Part shown: one piece after another, positions 39,261 to 47,882 of the stretch | Layout: each line of letters opens with the position of its first letter | How positions within the stretch are numbered: position 1 is the stretch's first letter | DNA from: Verrucomicrobiota bacterium | GTDB taxonomy: Bacteria > Verrucomicrobiota > Verrucomicrobiia > Palsa-1439 | Length of the DNA stretch: 64,000 nt | Assembly: GCA_003152315.1 (NCBI GenBank) | Contig: PLZV01000037.1 | Coordinates: forward strand, 41,679 to 105,678 | Reading direction: 5' to 3' | Notes under the pieces: model-generated | Databases searched by the model: none | Seen by the model: only the letters and a program-made list of their open reading frames with translations | Told to the model about the DNA's origin: nothing | Made by a program: the position numbers and the translations under genes

Positions 39261-42200
39261 ATGGAACCGAGTATCATTCTGTTGCTGCTGCTGCTGGTTG
39301 TCATCGGAGGACCCATCGCCCTGTTTGTCTGGCTCGGGACCAAAGCCTCTCGCGCGGACCGTGGCGTGCGCCAACTCGAAGCGCGTGTTGATTCCCTGCA
39401 AATTGAAGTGCGCACCTTGCGGGATGTGCTCCGGAGCTATGCAGGCGCCAGTACCGGCCCGCCTCCAGTCGCCAGCCCGCCGCCGAAACCGGTTCCGATA
39501 CCATTCGTCCCGCCGGTCCGGGTCACGCCTTTGCCGCCTCCGATGGGGGAGCGTCCGCCACAAGATGTGCCTCCAATTGTACCGGCGGTGGAAGAGACAG
39601 TCGCTGCGCCTCCACCGATTGTTCCACCGCCATCAGAGGCTCCGGCATCGGCTTGGGAGGATGTTCCTCCGATGAGTGGGCGGCCCGCGCCGCGTCCGGT
39701 GCCGGTGACCCTGCCGTCCATCAACTGGGAGCAGTTCATGGGGGTGAAGTTGTTCGCGTGGATCGGCGGGTTGGCGCTGTTCCTCGGCCTCGCGTTCTTT
39801 GTGAAGTACTCCTTCGATAATAATTGGGTCAGCCCGGAACTCCGCGTAGCCATGGGGTACTTAATTGGGGCGGGCCTTCTGGTCGGTGGCTTGGTATTGA
39901 CGGGTCGCAAGTATTCCGTCCTGGGGCAGACCTTGTGTGCAACGGGCGTGCTGGTGCTGTACGCTAACATCTTCGCTTCGCACGCCTATTACCATCTCAT
40001 TGATGTCATCCCGGCGTTCGGCCTGATGGTGCTGGTAACAGCGGTGGCCTTTCTGTTGGCGGTCCGGCTCGACGCGCAGGTGGTGGCGATTCTCGGGTTG
40101 CTGGGCGGTTTCCTGACTCCGGTACTGCTTTCGACCGGCCAGGACAATCCCCTGGGTCTTTTCGGTTATCTCGCGCTGCTCGACGCCGGCCTTATTGCCG
40201 TCGTTACGCGCAAACGGTGGAACTATCTCGTCCTACTGGCTGCGGCCGGCACGCTGTTGATGCAGATCGCATGGACCGCCAAGTTCTTTGCGGTAACGAA
40301 AGTGTTCATCGCCATGGGCGTCTTCCTTGGGTTTGAAGCGCTCTTCCTGCTGGCATTCGTGGTAACCGACCGCGACGACCTATTGATTAGCGCCTCGACG
40401 ATCGGCATGGCATTCGCCCCGCTGGCGTTCACGCTTTATCTGCTGTCGTTTGGCGAGCTGGGAGCCAAACCATGGATCATTTTCACGTTTGTGCTCGTGG
40501 CCGATCTCGGGTTGCTGACCCTGGCCGTCTTGCGGAACGAGCTGGCGCCGGCACATTTGGCGGCAGGCCTCGCGGCGTTCTTCCTGCTTTCGATCTGGAC
40601 GGTCAGTTACGTATCCGGCGCGTTGCTAAATTGGGCGCTGGGGTTCTACCTGCTGTTTGCCATCCTCCACACAGCTTTTCCCATCGTCCTGCAACGCTTG
40701 CGGCCCGGGGCCATGCCGGTGTGGTGGGGCCATTTGTTCCCGCTGCTGGCGTTGGTGCTGGTCATGATCCCGGTGATGAAACTGCCTGACCTGGGTTGGC
40801 TGGTTTGGTTGTGCGTGCTGGCACTGGATGTCGTCGTCTTCGCGCTGGCGCTCGTGACGTCGTCGGTGCTGGCAATCATCGGCGCGCTGGTGCTGACGCT
40901 CGGAGCGACGGTGGTGTGGTTGTTCAAGCTGCCGGCGGAGGTGAGCGGCGTGCCGGACCTGTTGGTCGTGATCGGCGGATTTGCGCTGGTGTTCTTTGCG
41001 GTCGGCGTCTTTGCGGCGCGACGGCTGGCGCTCAAACCAGCGGGAAGCGGGGGCGACATGCCAGAGTTCCCATCGCTGCCGTTTCTGTCCGATAACGTAC
41101 AGGCGCAGGTCCCGTCGCTCTCCGCCATTCTGCCATTTCTGCTGTTGATCATGGTGGTACTGCGGATGCCGTTGACAAATCCGTCTCCCGTGTTTGGATT
41201 GGCGATGCTGTTGGTGGTGTTGCTGTTGGGCGTGGCGCGGTGGACCGCAGCGGAATGGCTCACAGCAATTGGCCTCGTGTGCAGTGTCGCGCTGGAATAC
41301 GCGTGGCATCAACAACGATTCAAGGTGGAAGCCCCCGTCGTGCCGCTGATTTGGTATCTGGCGTTCACTGCGGTGTTCACAATCTTTCCGTTTATTTTTC
41401 GGAAGGAATTTGAAAACGTTGTCGTACCTTGGGCGGTGTCGGCGCTGGCCGGGCCGGCGCACTTCACGTTGGTGTATCGGCTGGTGAAAGCGGCCTGGCC
41501 GAACCCGATGATGGGACTGTTGCCGGCGGCATTCGCGCTGCCGCCGTTGATCGGATTGTTGGTGCTCTTGCGCGTTCAAGGGGCGCAACGCTTGGCGTTG
41601 CTGGCGTGGTTTGGCGGGGCCACGTTGTTTTTCATCACGCTGATTTTCCCAATTCAGTTCGACCGACAATGGATCACCATCGGCTGGGCCCTGGAAGGGA
41701 CGGCGTTACTCTGGCTGTTCCATCGGGTGCCGCATCCCGGGCTGCGGTTGGTGGGCGTGGGATTGTTGTGCGCGGCGTTTGCGCGGCTGGCGTTGAACCC
41801 CGCGGTGTTGGAGTATCATGTTCGCACCGCGACGCCGATCCTGAACTGGTTTCTTTATGCCTATGGCCTTACAGCCATCTGCCTCTTTATGGGGTCGCGA
41901 CTGCTCGCGCCGCCACGACAGGAGGTACTGGGTGGTAATGCCCGCGCCCTGCTCGCGACATTGGGCACCGTGCTGGCGTTCCTGCTGTTGAACATCGAAA
42001 TTGCCGACTATTTCACGGCTCAAGGGTCCCACGTATTGACCTTTGAGTTCTCCGGCAATTTCACCCGCGACATGACCTACTCGATTGCCTGGGCGTTGTT
42101 TGGGTTGGTGCTGCTGGTCTTCGGCATCGCGAAGAAAGTGCCGATGGTGCGCTACGCCAGTTTGGCTTTGATCGGCGTCACGTTACTGAAACTCTTCCTG

Positions 42201-42323
42201 CACGACCTGAGCCAACTGGGTCAACTGCAGCGGATCGGCGCGTTCGTCGGCGTGGCGGTGGTCCTGTTGGTGTCGTCGTTCCTGTATCAGCGGTTCGTGG
42301 CCGCAGAAGTGAAAGCAAAATGA
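39261..42323 (+). CDS. DUF2339-family large polytopic membrane protein
   Basis: N-terminal TM, short coiled-coil, Pro-rich linker, then more than 25 predicted TM helices. ATG at 39261 with a GGGAGG ribosome-binding site; the longer ORF (from 39192) would overlap the tRNA-Gly gene (39152..39225). Confidence 0.7.
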   Translation: MEPSIILLLLLLVVIGGPIALFVWLGTKASRADRGVRQLEARVDSLQIEVRTLRDVLRSYAGASTGPPPVASPPPKPVPIPFVPPVRVTPLPPPMGERPPQDVPPIVPAVEETVAAPPPIVPPPSEAPASAWEDVPPMSGRPAPRPVPVTLPSINWEQFMGVKLFAWIGGLALFLGLAFFVKYSFDNNWVSPELRVAMGYLIGAGLLVGGLVLTGRKYSVLGQTLCATGVLVLYANIFASHAYYHLIDVIPAFGLMVLVTAVAFLLAVRLDAQVVAILGLLGGFLTPVLLSTGQDNPLGLFGYLALLDAGLIAVVTRKRWNYLVLLAAAGTLLMQIAWTAKFFAVTKVFIAMGVFLGFEALFLLAFVVTDRDDLLISASTIGMAFAPLAFTLYLLSFGELGAKPWIIFTFVLVADLGLLTLAVLRNELAPAHLAAGLAAFFLLSIWTVSYVSGALLNWALGFYLLFAILHTAFPIVLQRLRPGAMPVWWGHLFPLLALVLVMIPVMKLPDLGWLVWLCVLALDVVVFALALVTSSVLAIIGALVLTLGATVVWLFKLPAEVSGVPDLLVVIGGFALVFFAVGVFAARRLALKPAGSGGDMPEFPSLPFLSDNVQAQVPSLSAILPFLLLIMVVLRMPLTNPSPVFGLAMLLVVLLLGVARWTAAEWLTAIGLVCSVALEYAWHQQRFKVEAPVVPLIWYLAFTAVFTIFPFIFRKEFENVVVPWAVSALAGPAHFTLVYRLVKAAWPNPMMGLLPAAFALPPLIGLLVLLRVQGAQRLALLAWFGGATLFFITLIFPIQFDRQWITIGWALEGTALLWLFHRVPHPGLRLVGVGLLCAAFARLALNPAVLEYHVRTATPILNWFLYAYGLTAICLFMGSRLLAPPRQEVLGGNARALLATLGTVLAFLLLNIEIADYFTAQGSHVLTFEFSGNFTRDMTYSIAWALFGLVLLVFGIAKKVPMVRYASLALIGVTLLKLFLHDLSQLGQLQRIGAFVGVAVVLLVSSFLYQRFVAAEVKAK

Positions 42324-44359
42324 GAATACTCCTCGTTTATTTCCTGTCCACGCTCACGGTTTTCGGCGAGTTGCCGGCCGACTGGAAGAATGCGCAACAA
42401 TTCGACGTGGCGCGCACGGGATTGATCAAATTAAGTTTACCGGCCGGAACTGTTGACGCAGCGCGCCCCGGGCTGGAGGACTTGCGCATTTTCGACAGCG
42501 CGGGACGGGAGGTGCCGTACCTCATCGAGCGCCCGGTCCGGAGCACAGCGGCGGTAGTCAGCCCCAGGAAATTCAGTGTCAGCCTCAGCGGACAGGCCAC
42601 GGTCATCACGCTGGAGACCGGTTCATCGCAGACGCTCGATGCCCTCGTCCTCGAAACTCCCGCTGTCGGGTTCATCAAGGCGGTGACGGTCGAAGGCTCG
42701 AACGATCAGGACACGTGGCGACCGCTGGCCAGTGGCCAACCGATCTTTAAGCAACCGAATGGCGCCAACCAATTGCGGGTGGAGTTTCCGGAAGGTTCGT
42801 GGCCCTTCCTGCGAGTGACCGTGGACGATCGCCGCGCGGAAGCCACCCCGTTCACTGGCGCGACGCTGCACGCCGTGACCGAGGGAGCCGCACCCAGTGA
42901 GCCTTTGCCCGTCACGATCACGGATCGCACGGAAAGCGACGGCCAGACGCGGTTGACGCTTGATCTTGGCGCGGCGCATCTCACCCTGGCATCATTACGC
43001 TTTGAGACGGCTGAGCCATTGTTCACGCGTTCCGTCACGCTGGCGGTGCGGCAAGTGGCGGAGAACGCCATCACGGAACGCGAGCTGGCGCGCGACACGA
43101 TTTACCGGGTGGATATTGAAGGTTTCAAACGAGCGGAGCGGCTGGATCTGCCGCTCGATCTGGCGGTGGAAGGGCGTGAACTGTTGGTCTTGATTGACAA
43201 TGTGGACAGTCAACCGTTGCAGATTTCCGCCATGCGAGCGACACGGCGACCGGTGTTCGCCGTGTTTTTGGCGCAACAAGCCGGCCCGTACCAGGTGGTC
43301 ACCGGCAATCCGCGTTGCGCCGCGCCGCGGTACGATCTGACGGGCCTGCGCGAGACACTCGCCTCGGCGCCGAGTGTCCCGATTGCGGCGTTGTCACTCA
43401 GCGCGCTGGCGGCCAACCCGTCGTACCACCCCACCGAATCACTCCCGGAGATTCAGGATTTGGGAACTGCCCTGGACACAGCGGAGTGGGGGTATCGCAA
43501 GACCGTCAAATTGGCCCGTGCGGGGGTTCAGCAGCTTGATCTGGATCTGGATGTGTTGGCGCGCGCCGACGCAACGTTCCGCGATCTGCGATTGCTGCGC
43601 GACGGCAAACAGCGTCCGTATATTCTGGAGCGCACTTCGATTTCCCGGAAGCTCGTTCCGGAAATATCGTCGGCGAATGACCCGAAACGCCCCACAGTCA
43701 GCCGCTGGCGGATCAAGTTGCCGCACACGGATCTGCCGATCACGCGGTTGACGGCCGAATCAACGAGTACGCTGTTCCGTCGCCAGGTCACGCTCTACGA
43801 GCAGCCGGCGGACGATCGGGGCGAGAAATACGACCGTCAACTCGGCCAGGCCACCTGGGTGCGCACGCCGCCGGCGACGAGAACGCCGTTCCAACTCGAT
43901 CCACGGAACGTCGGCTTGGCTTGGGTACACACGCCGCCCGCCACGAAGGCGCCGCTGGAATTGATCGTGAACGTCCGGTCGTTGACGGACGCCTTGATTC
44001 TGGAAACGGACAACGGCGACAATCCGCCGATTGACCTAGCCAACTTTCAGTTCTTTTACCCGGTGACGCGTGTGCTCTTCAAGGCGCCGCTGGAGCCGCC
44101 AACGTACCTGTATTACGACAACCACGACGCTGGTTTCCCACAGTACGACCTCGACCTGATTGCGCCGCGATTGCTGGCGGAAGAGAAGTCGGTCGCCTCG
44201 TTAACGGCGGAGGAACCCTTGAAGAAGTCGGGAGTGGGTGAACTTTTCCAGATTTCCAGCACCAAGAACGTCATCTTCTGGGTGGCGCTCACCGTGGTGG
44301 TGCTGGTGTTGCTCGTGGTGATCGCCAAACTCCTGCCGAAGAGTCCACCAGCGAACTGA
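42320..44359 (+). CDS. DUF3999-like secreted/membrane-anchored protein (conserved partner of DUF2339)
   Basis: ATGA overlap with the upstream gene. Signal peptide. C-terminal TM (VIFWVALTVVVLVLLVVIA). Confidence 0.5.
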   Translation: MRILLVYFLSTLTVFGELPADWKNAQQFDVARTGLIKLSLPAGTVDAARPGLEDLRIFDSAGREVPYLIERPVRSTAAVVSPRKFSVSLSGQATVITLETGSSQTLDALVLETPAVGFIKAVTVEGSNDQDTWRPLASGQPIFKQPNGANQLRVEFPEGSWPFLRVTVDDRRAEATPFTGATLHAVTEGAAPSEPLPVTITDRTESDGQTRLTLDLGAAHLTLASLRFETAEPLFTRSVTLAVRQVAENAITERELARDTIYRVDIEGFKRAERLDLPLDLAVEGRELLVLIDNVDSQPLQISAMRATRRPVFAVFLAQQAGPYQVVTGNPRCAAPRYDLTGLRETLASAPSVPIAALSLSALAANPSYHPTESLPEIQDLGTALDTAEWGYRKTVKLARAGVQQLDLDLDVLARADATFRDLRLLRDGKQRPYILERTSISRKLVPEISSANDPKRPTVSRWRIKLPHTDLPITRLTAESTSTLFRRQVTLYEQPADDRGEKYDRQLGQATWVRTPPATRTPFQLDPRNVGLAWVHTPPATKAPLELIVNVRSLTDALILETDNGDNPPIDLANFQFFYPVTRVLFKAPLEPPTYLYYDNHDAGFPQYDLDLIAPRLLAEEKSVASLTAEEPLKKSGVGELFQISSTKNVIFWVALTVVVLVLLVVIAKLLPKSPPAN

Positions 44360-44362
44360 CAG

Positions 44363-47300
44363 CTAAACCGTCGAAAACTTCGTGGCGGCTTCCCGCACCC
44401 TGCGCAAATCCAGTTTGCCGGTGCCCAGGTAGGGGAGGGTGTCGATGTGGAAGAATTGGTCGGGGCGCGGTTTCCAGAGGTTGGGGAGATCGGAGGCGGC
44501 GAGTTTTTCGAGGACGGGTTGGAGCTGGCTGTCGCCGAGAGTGTGCAGCACGACGAGGCGTTCGCCTTTCTTTTCGTCGGGCACGCCGGTGACGGCGAAG
44601 GTTTGCTCGGTGACACCCGCGAGTTCGTGGAGCTTCTCCTCGATTTTGATGTGCGGGACCATTTCGCCGCCGATTTTGCTGAAACGGGTGAGACGATCCG
44701 TGATCATCAGGAAGCCGTCCTCATCGAGCGTGGCAATGTCACCCGTGACGTACCAGCCATCGCGCAAGACCTCCGCCGTCTTCTCGGGCCTGCCGAGATA
44801 ACCCTTCATTACGTTGGGTCCACGGATCAGTAGGAGGCCGGGCTGGCCGACGGGCAACGGTTGGAATGTGTCGGGGTCGACGATGCGCACACTGATGGCG
44901 GGCAGTGGATGCCCGATTTTGCCGCGCTTGGCGCCGACCTGGCGGAAACCCGCGGCGCGAAAGTCGCGCGTATTCACCGTCACGGCCGGCGAACATTCGG
45001 TGAGGCCGTAGGCTTCCAGCGGGCGGATGCCGAATTTGTCCTCGAACGACTGCGCCACGCGGTCGGGCAATTTCTCCGCGCCCGTCATCACGAATTGCAG
45101 GCTGCCGAAGTCCTCGGGCTCGCAACCGCGGTTGTACATTTGCAGGAACGTCGGCGTCGCGAGCAGGAATGTCACCTTGTACTGCCTCACCAACGCGCCA
45201 ATGACCTTGGCGTCGAGCGGGCTGACGTGATAAACCACGCCGACGCCGAGCACGGCGGGCACGATCAGTGTTCCCGTGAATCCGAACGAGTGGAAAAACG
45301 GCAGGACGCCGAGGACGCGGTCCTGTCCGCTGAACGCGAAGGTTTGCCCCATCTGCTCGGCGTTGGAGACGATGTTGTAATGCGTGAGCATCACGCCTTT
45401 GGGATCGCCCGTGCTGCCGCTGGAGAAAATGACCGTGGCCAGGTCGTCGAGTGCGCTTCTCTTTTCGCGACCGAGCGCCCGCCCCAATAAACGGGCGGGC
45501 AACAGCCACGTCATCAACGCAGCCATCAACTTCTCGCCGAGTCGCGGTTTGTGGGCGAGTTCCTCCAGCAGGATGGTTTTGCCGGGGACGGTGACTTTCA
45601 GTTTGTCGAGAAACTCCCGCGACGTGACAACGGTTTGCAGGCCGCACTGGCGCGCGCAGGAGGCAATGACTTCGTCGTTGGCGGTGTAATTGAGGTTCAC
45701 GGGCACTTTGCCCATGAGCAACGCCGCGTAATTCACGAGCGCGCCAGCCACCGACGGCGGCATGAGAATGCCGACCATTTCCTGTCCCGCCCACACGGAG
45801 CGAAGGCGTCGGGCGAGCAGGATCGTGCGGGTGAGTGCCGGGCCAAAACACAGTTTCGGGACGCGCGCGTCGGCCATGAAGAAGCGGCGCGGATGATGCC
45901 GGGCTTTGCGCACAAACGCGCGCGGGACGGTCATCATCAATTTCTTACGGTGTTGCCAGGCATCGGTGTTGAGTTCCTGCACGCGTTGGCGCACCTCGAA
46001 CGGGGTCGAGGTGGGTGGCATCGGCTTGCCGAAACTGACGGTCACGGGATACGGAATGTAGCGGGGCACTTTCCAGAGGAAGCGTTTCTTTTCATAGCTG
46101 AAGATGCTGCCCCAGACGTGGTCGAGACAAATCGGGATGATCGGCGCATCCACGTCCTTCATGATGCGTTCGAAGCCACGGCGGAAGGGAAGCAATTGGC
46201 CAATGCGGGTGATTTGTCCCTCGGCGAAGATGCAGACGACGTCGCCGTTCTTGATCGCCTCGCTGGCTTCGCGGAGGGATTTGATCATCTCGCGCGGACG
46301 AAGATGCGATGAGATGGAGATCGCCTTCATCGCCTTGGCGAACGGCTTGACCAACCAATGATCGTAGATGTCCTTGAACATGATCGCGCGGATCATCCGG
46401 TCGGTGGAACCGATCAGCAGCAGCGCGTCGACGAACGAAACGTGATTGCAGACGAACAAGGCGCCGCCTTTTTCCGGAATGTTGTCCCGCCCCTCGACGC
46501 GCAGCCGATAGATCGAATGCGTGAACGCCCACACGAACAGGCGCAGCAGTGAATCGGGCAACAACCACACCACATACGTGGTGGCGATTAGCGTCATAAC
46601 CGCGGTCACGACGAACATGTGGTGTGGCGTGAGGTTGAGCGGCGAGGTCAGCACCCAGTACACGCCCGCCGCCGCGAAAATGCCGACAAAGGAAAGCAGG
46701 TTGCTGGCGGCGAGGACCGCGCCCCGTTGTTCCTTGCTGGGGCGGTGCTGCAGCAGCGCGGAGATCGGCACGATGAAAAAGCCGCCGAAGAATCCGAGCG
46801 CGCCGAGCAGCGGCCAGAGGGAGTGGAACGTTTGGTTGGGCCGCCCGAGAACGAAGCTGAAGGCTGTCAGGCCAAGCGCGCCGAGCGGCACCAGGCCATA
46901 CTCGATCTTGCCGCCGGACAGCCAACCCGCCGCGAAACTACCCACGCCAATACCGAGCGCGAGCGCGACAACGAGCAGGCTGGTGCTCTTTTCGGTGAGA
47001 TGCATCCGATCGCCGACATCGAACACGCCCTGGAAGACGAGTTGGCCAACAAACGAGAAATAAATGTTACCGAGGCAGGCCAGCCAGAGCACGCGATCCT
47101 GTCGCATCAACTGAATCTGCGAGAACAAGTCGCCGAGGAAGTTCCCCTTGAACTTTTGCGTCGGGGCCGCTGCGGGCACCCGCGTGATGCCGAGGCTGGT
47201 CGCCAGTCCGAGAACCGCCAGGGCGATCAGGATGAACCCGATCCAGATCAGTCGTGACTTGAATGAGTCGAATAGAAACCCGCCAGCCGCCGCTCCCAGA

Positions 47301-47770
47301 ATGATGGCGAGGAATGTGCCCAACTCCAGGATGCCGTTGCCCCACGACAGTTGTTTCTCGGGCAATAGCTCCGGCAGCGAGCCGTACTTCGAAGGCCCGA
47401 AGATGGCGCTGTGCGTGCCCATCAGGAAAATTGCGGTCATCCCCATCCAGAGATTATTCGTGAAGAAAGCGGCGGTCGCAAAGGACATGATCGCGATTTC
47501 GAAAACTTTCACGCCGATGGTGACCGTGCGTTTGCTGTAACGGTCGGCGAGGAACCCGCCCGTCATCGAAAAGAGTATGAAAGGCAGGGAGAACACACCG
47601 GTCGCGATTGGCAGCAGCGACTTGTGCCAGAAAGGCGGCAGCGCAAGGCTCAAGCCGAAAAACGTGACCACAGTCTTCAGCGCGTTATCGCTGAACGCGC
47701 CTTGAAACTGTGTGACGATCAAACTCCAGAAACCGCGCCGCCACGGTTGTTCGGAAGTGCTCGGGGTCAC
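44363..47770 (-). CDS. aas: triple-fusion lysophospholipid transporter (MFS, LplT-like) / 2-acylglycerophosphoethanolamine acyltransferase (PlsC) / acyl-ACP synthetase (Aas)
   Basis: N-terminal 12-TM MFS region. PlsC HxxxxD motif within CNHVSFVDALLL. AMP-binding motif within IFSSGSTGDPKGVMLTHYN. GTG start. Confidence 0.8.
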   Translation of the reverse strand: MTPSTSEQPWRRGFWSLIVTQFQGAFSDNALKTVVTFFGLSLALPPFWHKSLLPIATGVFSLPFILFSMTGGFLADRYSKRTVTIGVKVFEIAIMSFATAAFFTNNLWMGMTAIFLMGTHSAIFGPSKYGSLPELLPEKQLSWGNGILELGTFLAIILGAAAGGFLFDSFKSRLIWIGFILIALAVLGLATSLGITRVPAAAPTQKFKGNFLGDLFSQIQLMRQDRVLWLACLGNIYFSFVGQLVFQGVFDVGDRMHLTEKSTSLLVVALALGIGVGSFAAGWLSGGKIEYGLVPLGALGLTAFSFVLGRPNQTFHSLWPLLGALGFFGGFFIVPISALLQHRPSKEQRGAVLAASNLLSFVGIFAAAGVYWVLTSPLNLTPHHMFVVTAVMTLIATTYVVWLLPDSLLRLFVWAFTHSIYRLRVEGRDNIPEKGGALFVCNHVSFVDALLLIGSTDRMIRAIMFKDIYDHWLVKPFAKAMKAISISSHLRPREMIKSLREASEAIKNGDVVCIFAEGQITRIGQLLPFRRGFERIMKDVDAPIIPICLDHVWGSIFSYEKKRFLWKVPRYIPYPVTVSFGKPMPPTSTPFEVRQRVQELNTDAWQHRKKLMMTVPRAFVRKARHHPRRFFMADARVPKLCFGPALTRTILLARRLRSVWAGQEMVGILMPPSVAGALVNYAALLMGKVPVNLNYTANDEVIASCARQCGLQTVVTSREFLDKLKVTVPGKTILLEELAHKPRLGEKLMAALMTWLLPARLLGRALGREKRSALDDLATVIFSSGSTGDPKGVMLTHYNIVSNAEQMGQTFAFSGQDRVLGVLPFFHSFGFTGTLIVPAVLGVGVVYHVSPLDAKVIGALVRQYKVTFLLATPTFLQMYNRGCEPEDFGSLQFVMTGAEKLPDRVAQSFEDKFGIRPLEAYGLTECSPAVTVNTRDFRAAGFRQVGAKRGKIGHPLPAISVRIVDPDTFQPLPVGQPGLLLIRGPNVMKGYLGRPEKTAEVLRDGWYVTGDIATLDEDGFLMITDRLTRFSKIGGEMVPHIKIEEKLHELAGVTEQTFAVTGVPDEKKGERLVVLHTLGDSQLQPVLEKLAASDLPNLWKPRPDQFFHIDTLPYLGTGKLDLRRVREAATKFSTV

Positions 47771-47882
47771 AAGCCGCGGAGTCTATCGACGACCGCCGCC
47801 CGATTCAAGCCGCCAACGAGACTTGTAGTCTTGAAACCCTTTCGCGGCGTTAGTTACCGCGAATAAGATTCGCGGCTACAAT

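Noticed and set aside
38916-39415. Six-frame ORFs between and over the two tRNA genes (38916..39182 -, 38926..39174 +, 39083..39391 +, 39179..39415 -) and the long 39192 start of the DUF2339 gene
   Set aside because: They overlap the tRNA-Leu and tRNA-Gly genes or lie in the tRNA spacer. The DUF2339 gene has a clean ATG plus GGGAGG ribosome-binding site at 39261, downstream of the tRNA.
40626-41669. 347-aa and 205-aa minus-strand ORFs rich in H/Q/R/S inside the DUF2339 gene
   Set aside because: Antisense to a well-supported membrane-protein gene. Low-complexity composition typical of alternative frames in high-GC DNA.
44739-46925. Long alternative-frame ORFs (44739..45851 -, 46092..46925 -, 45551..46312 +) inside the aas fusion gene
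   Set aside because: Arg/Ala-rich out-of-frame translations of a GC-rich gene whose main frame carries clear MFS, PlsC and AMP-binding motifs.
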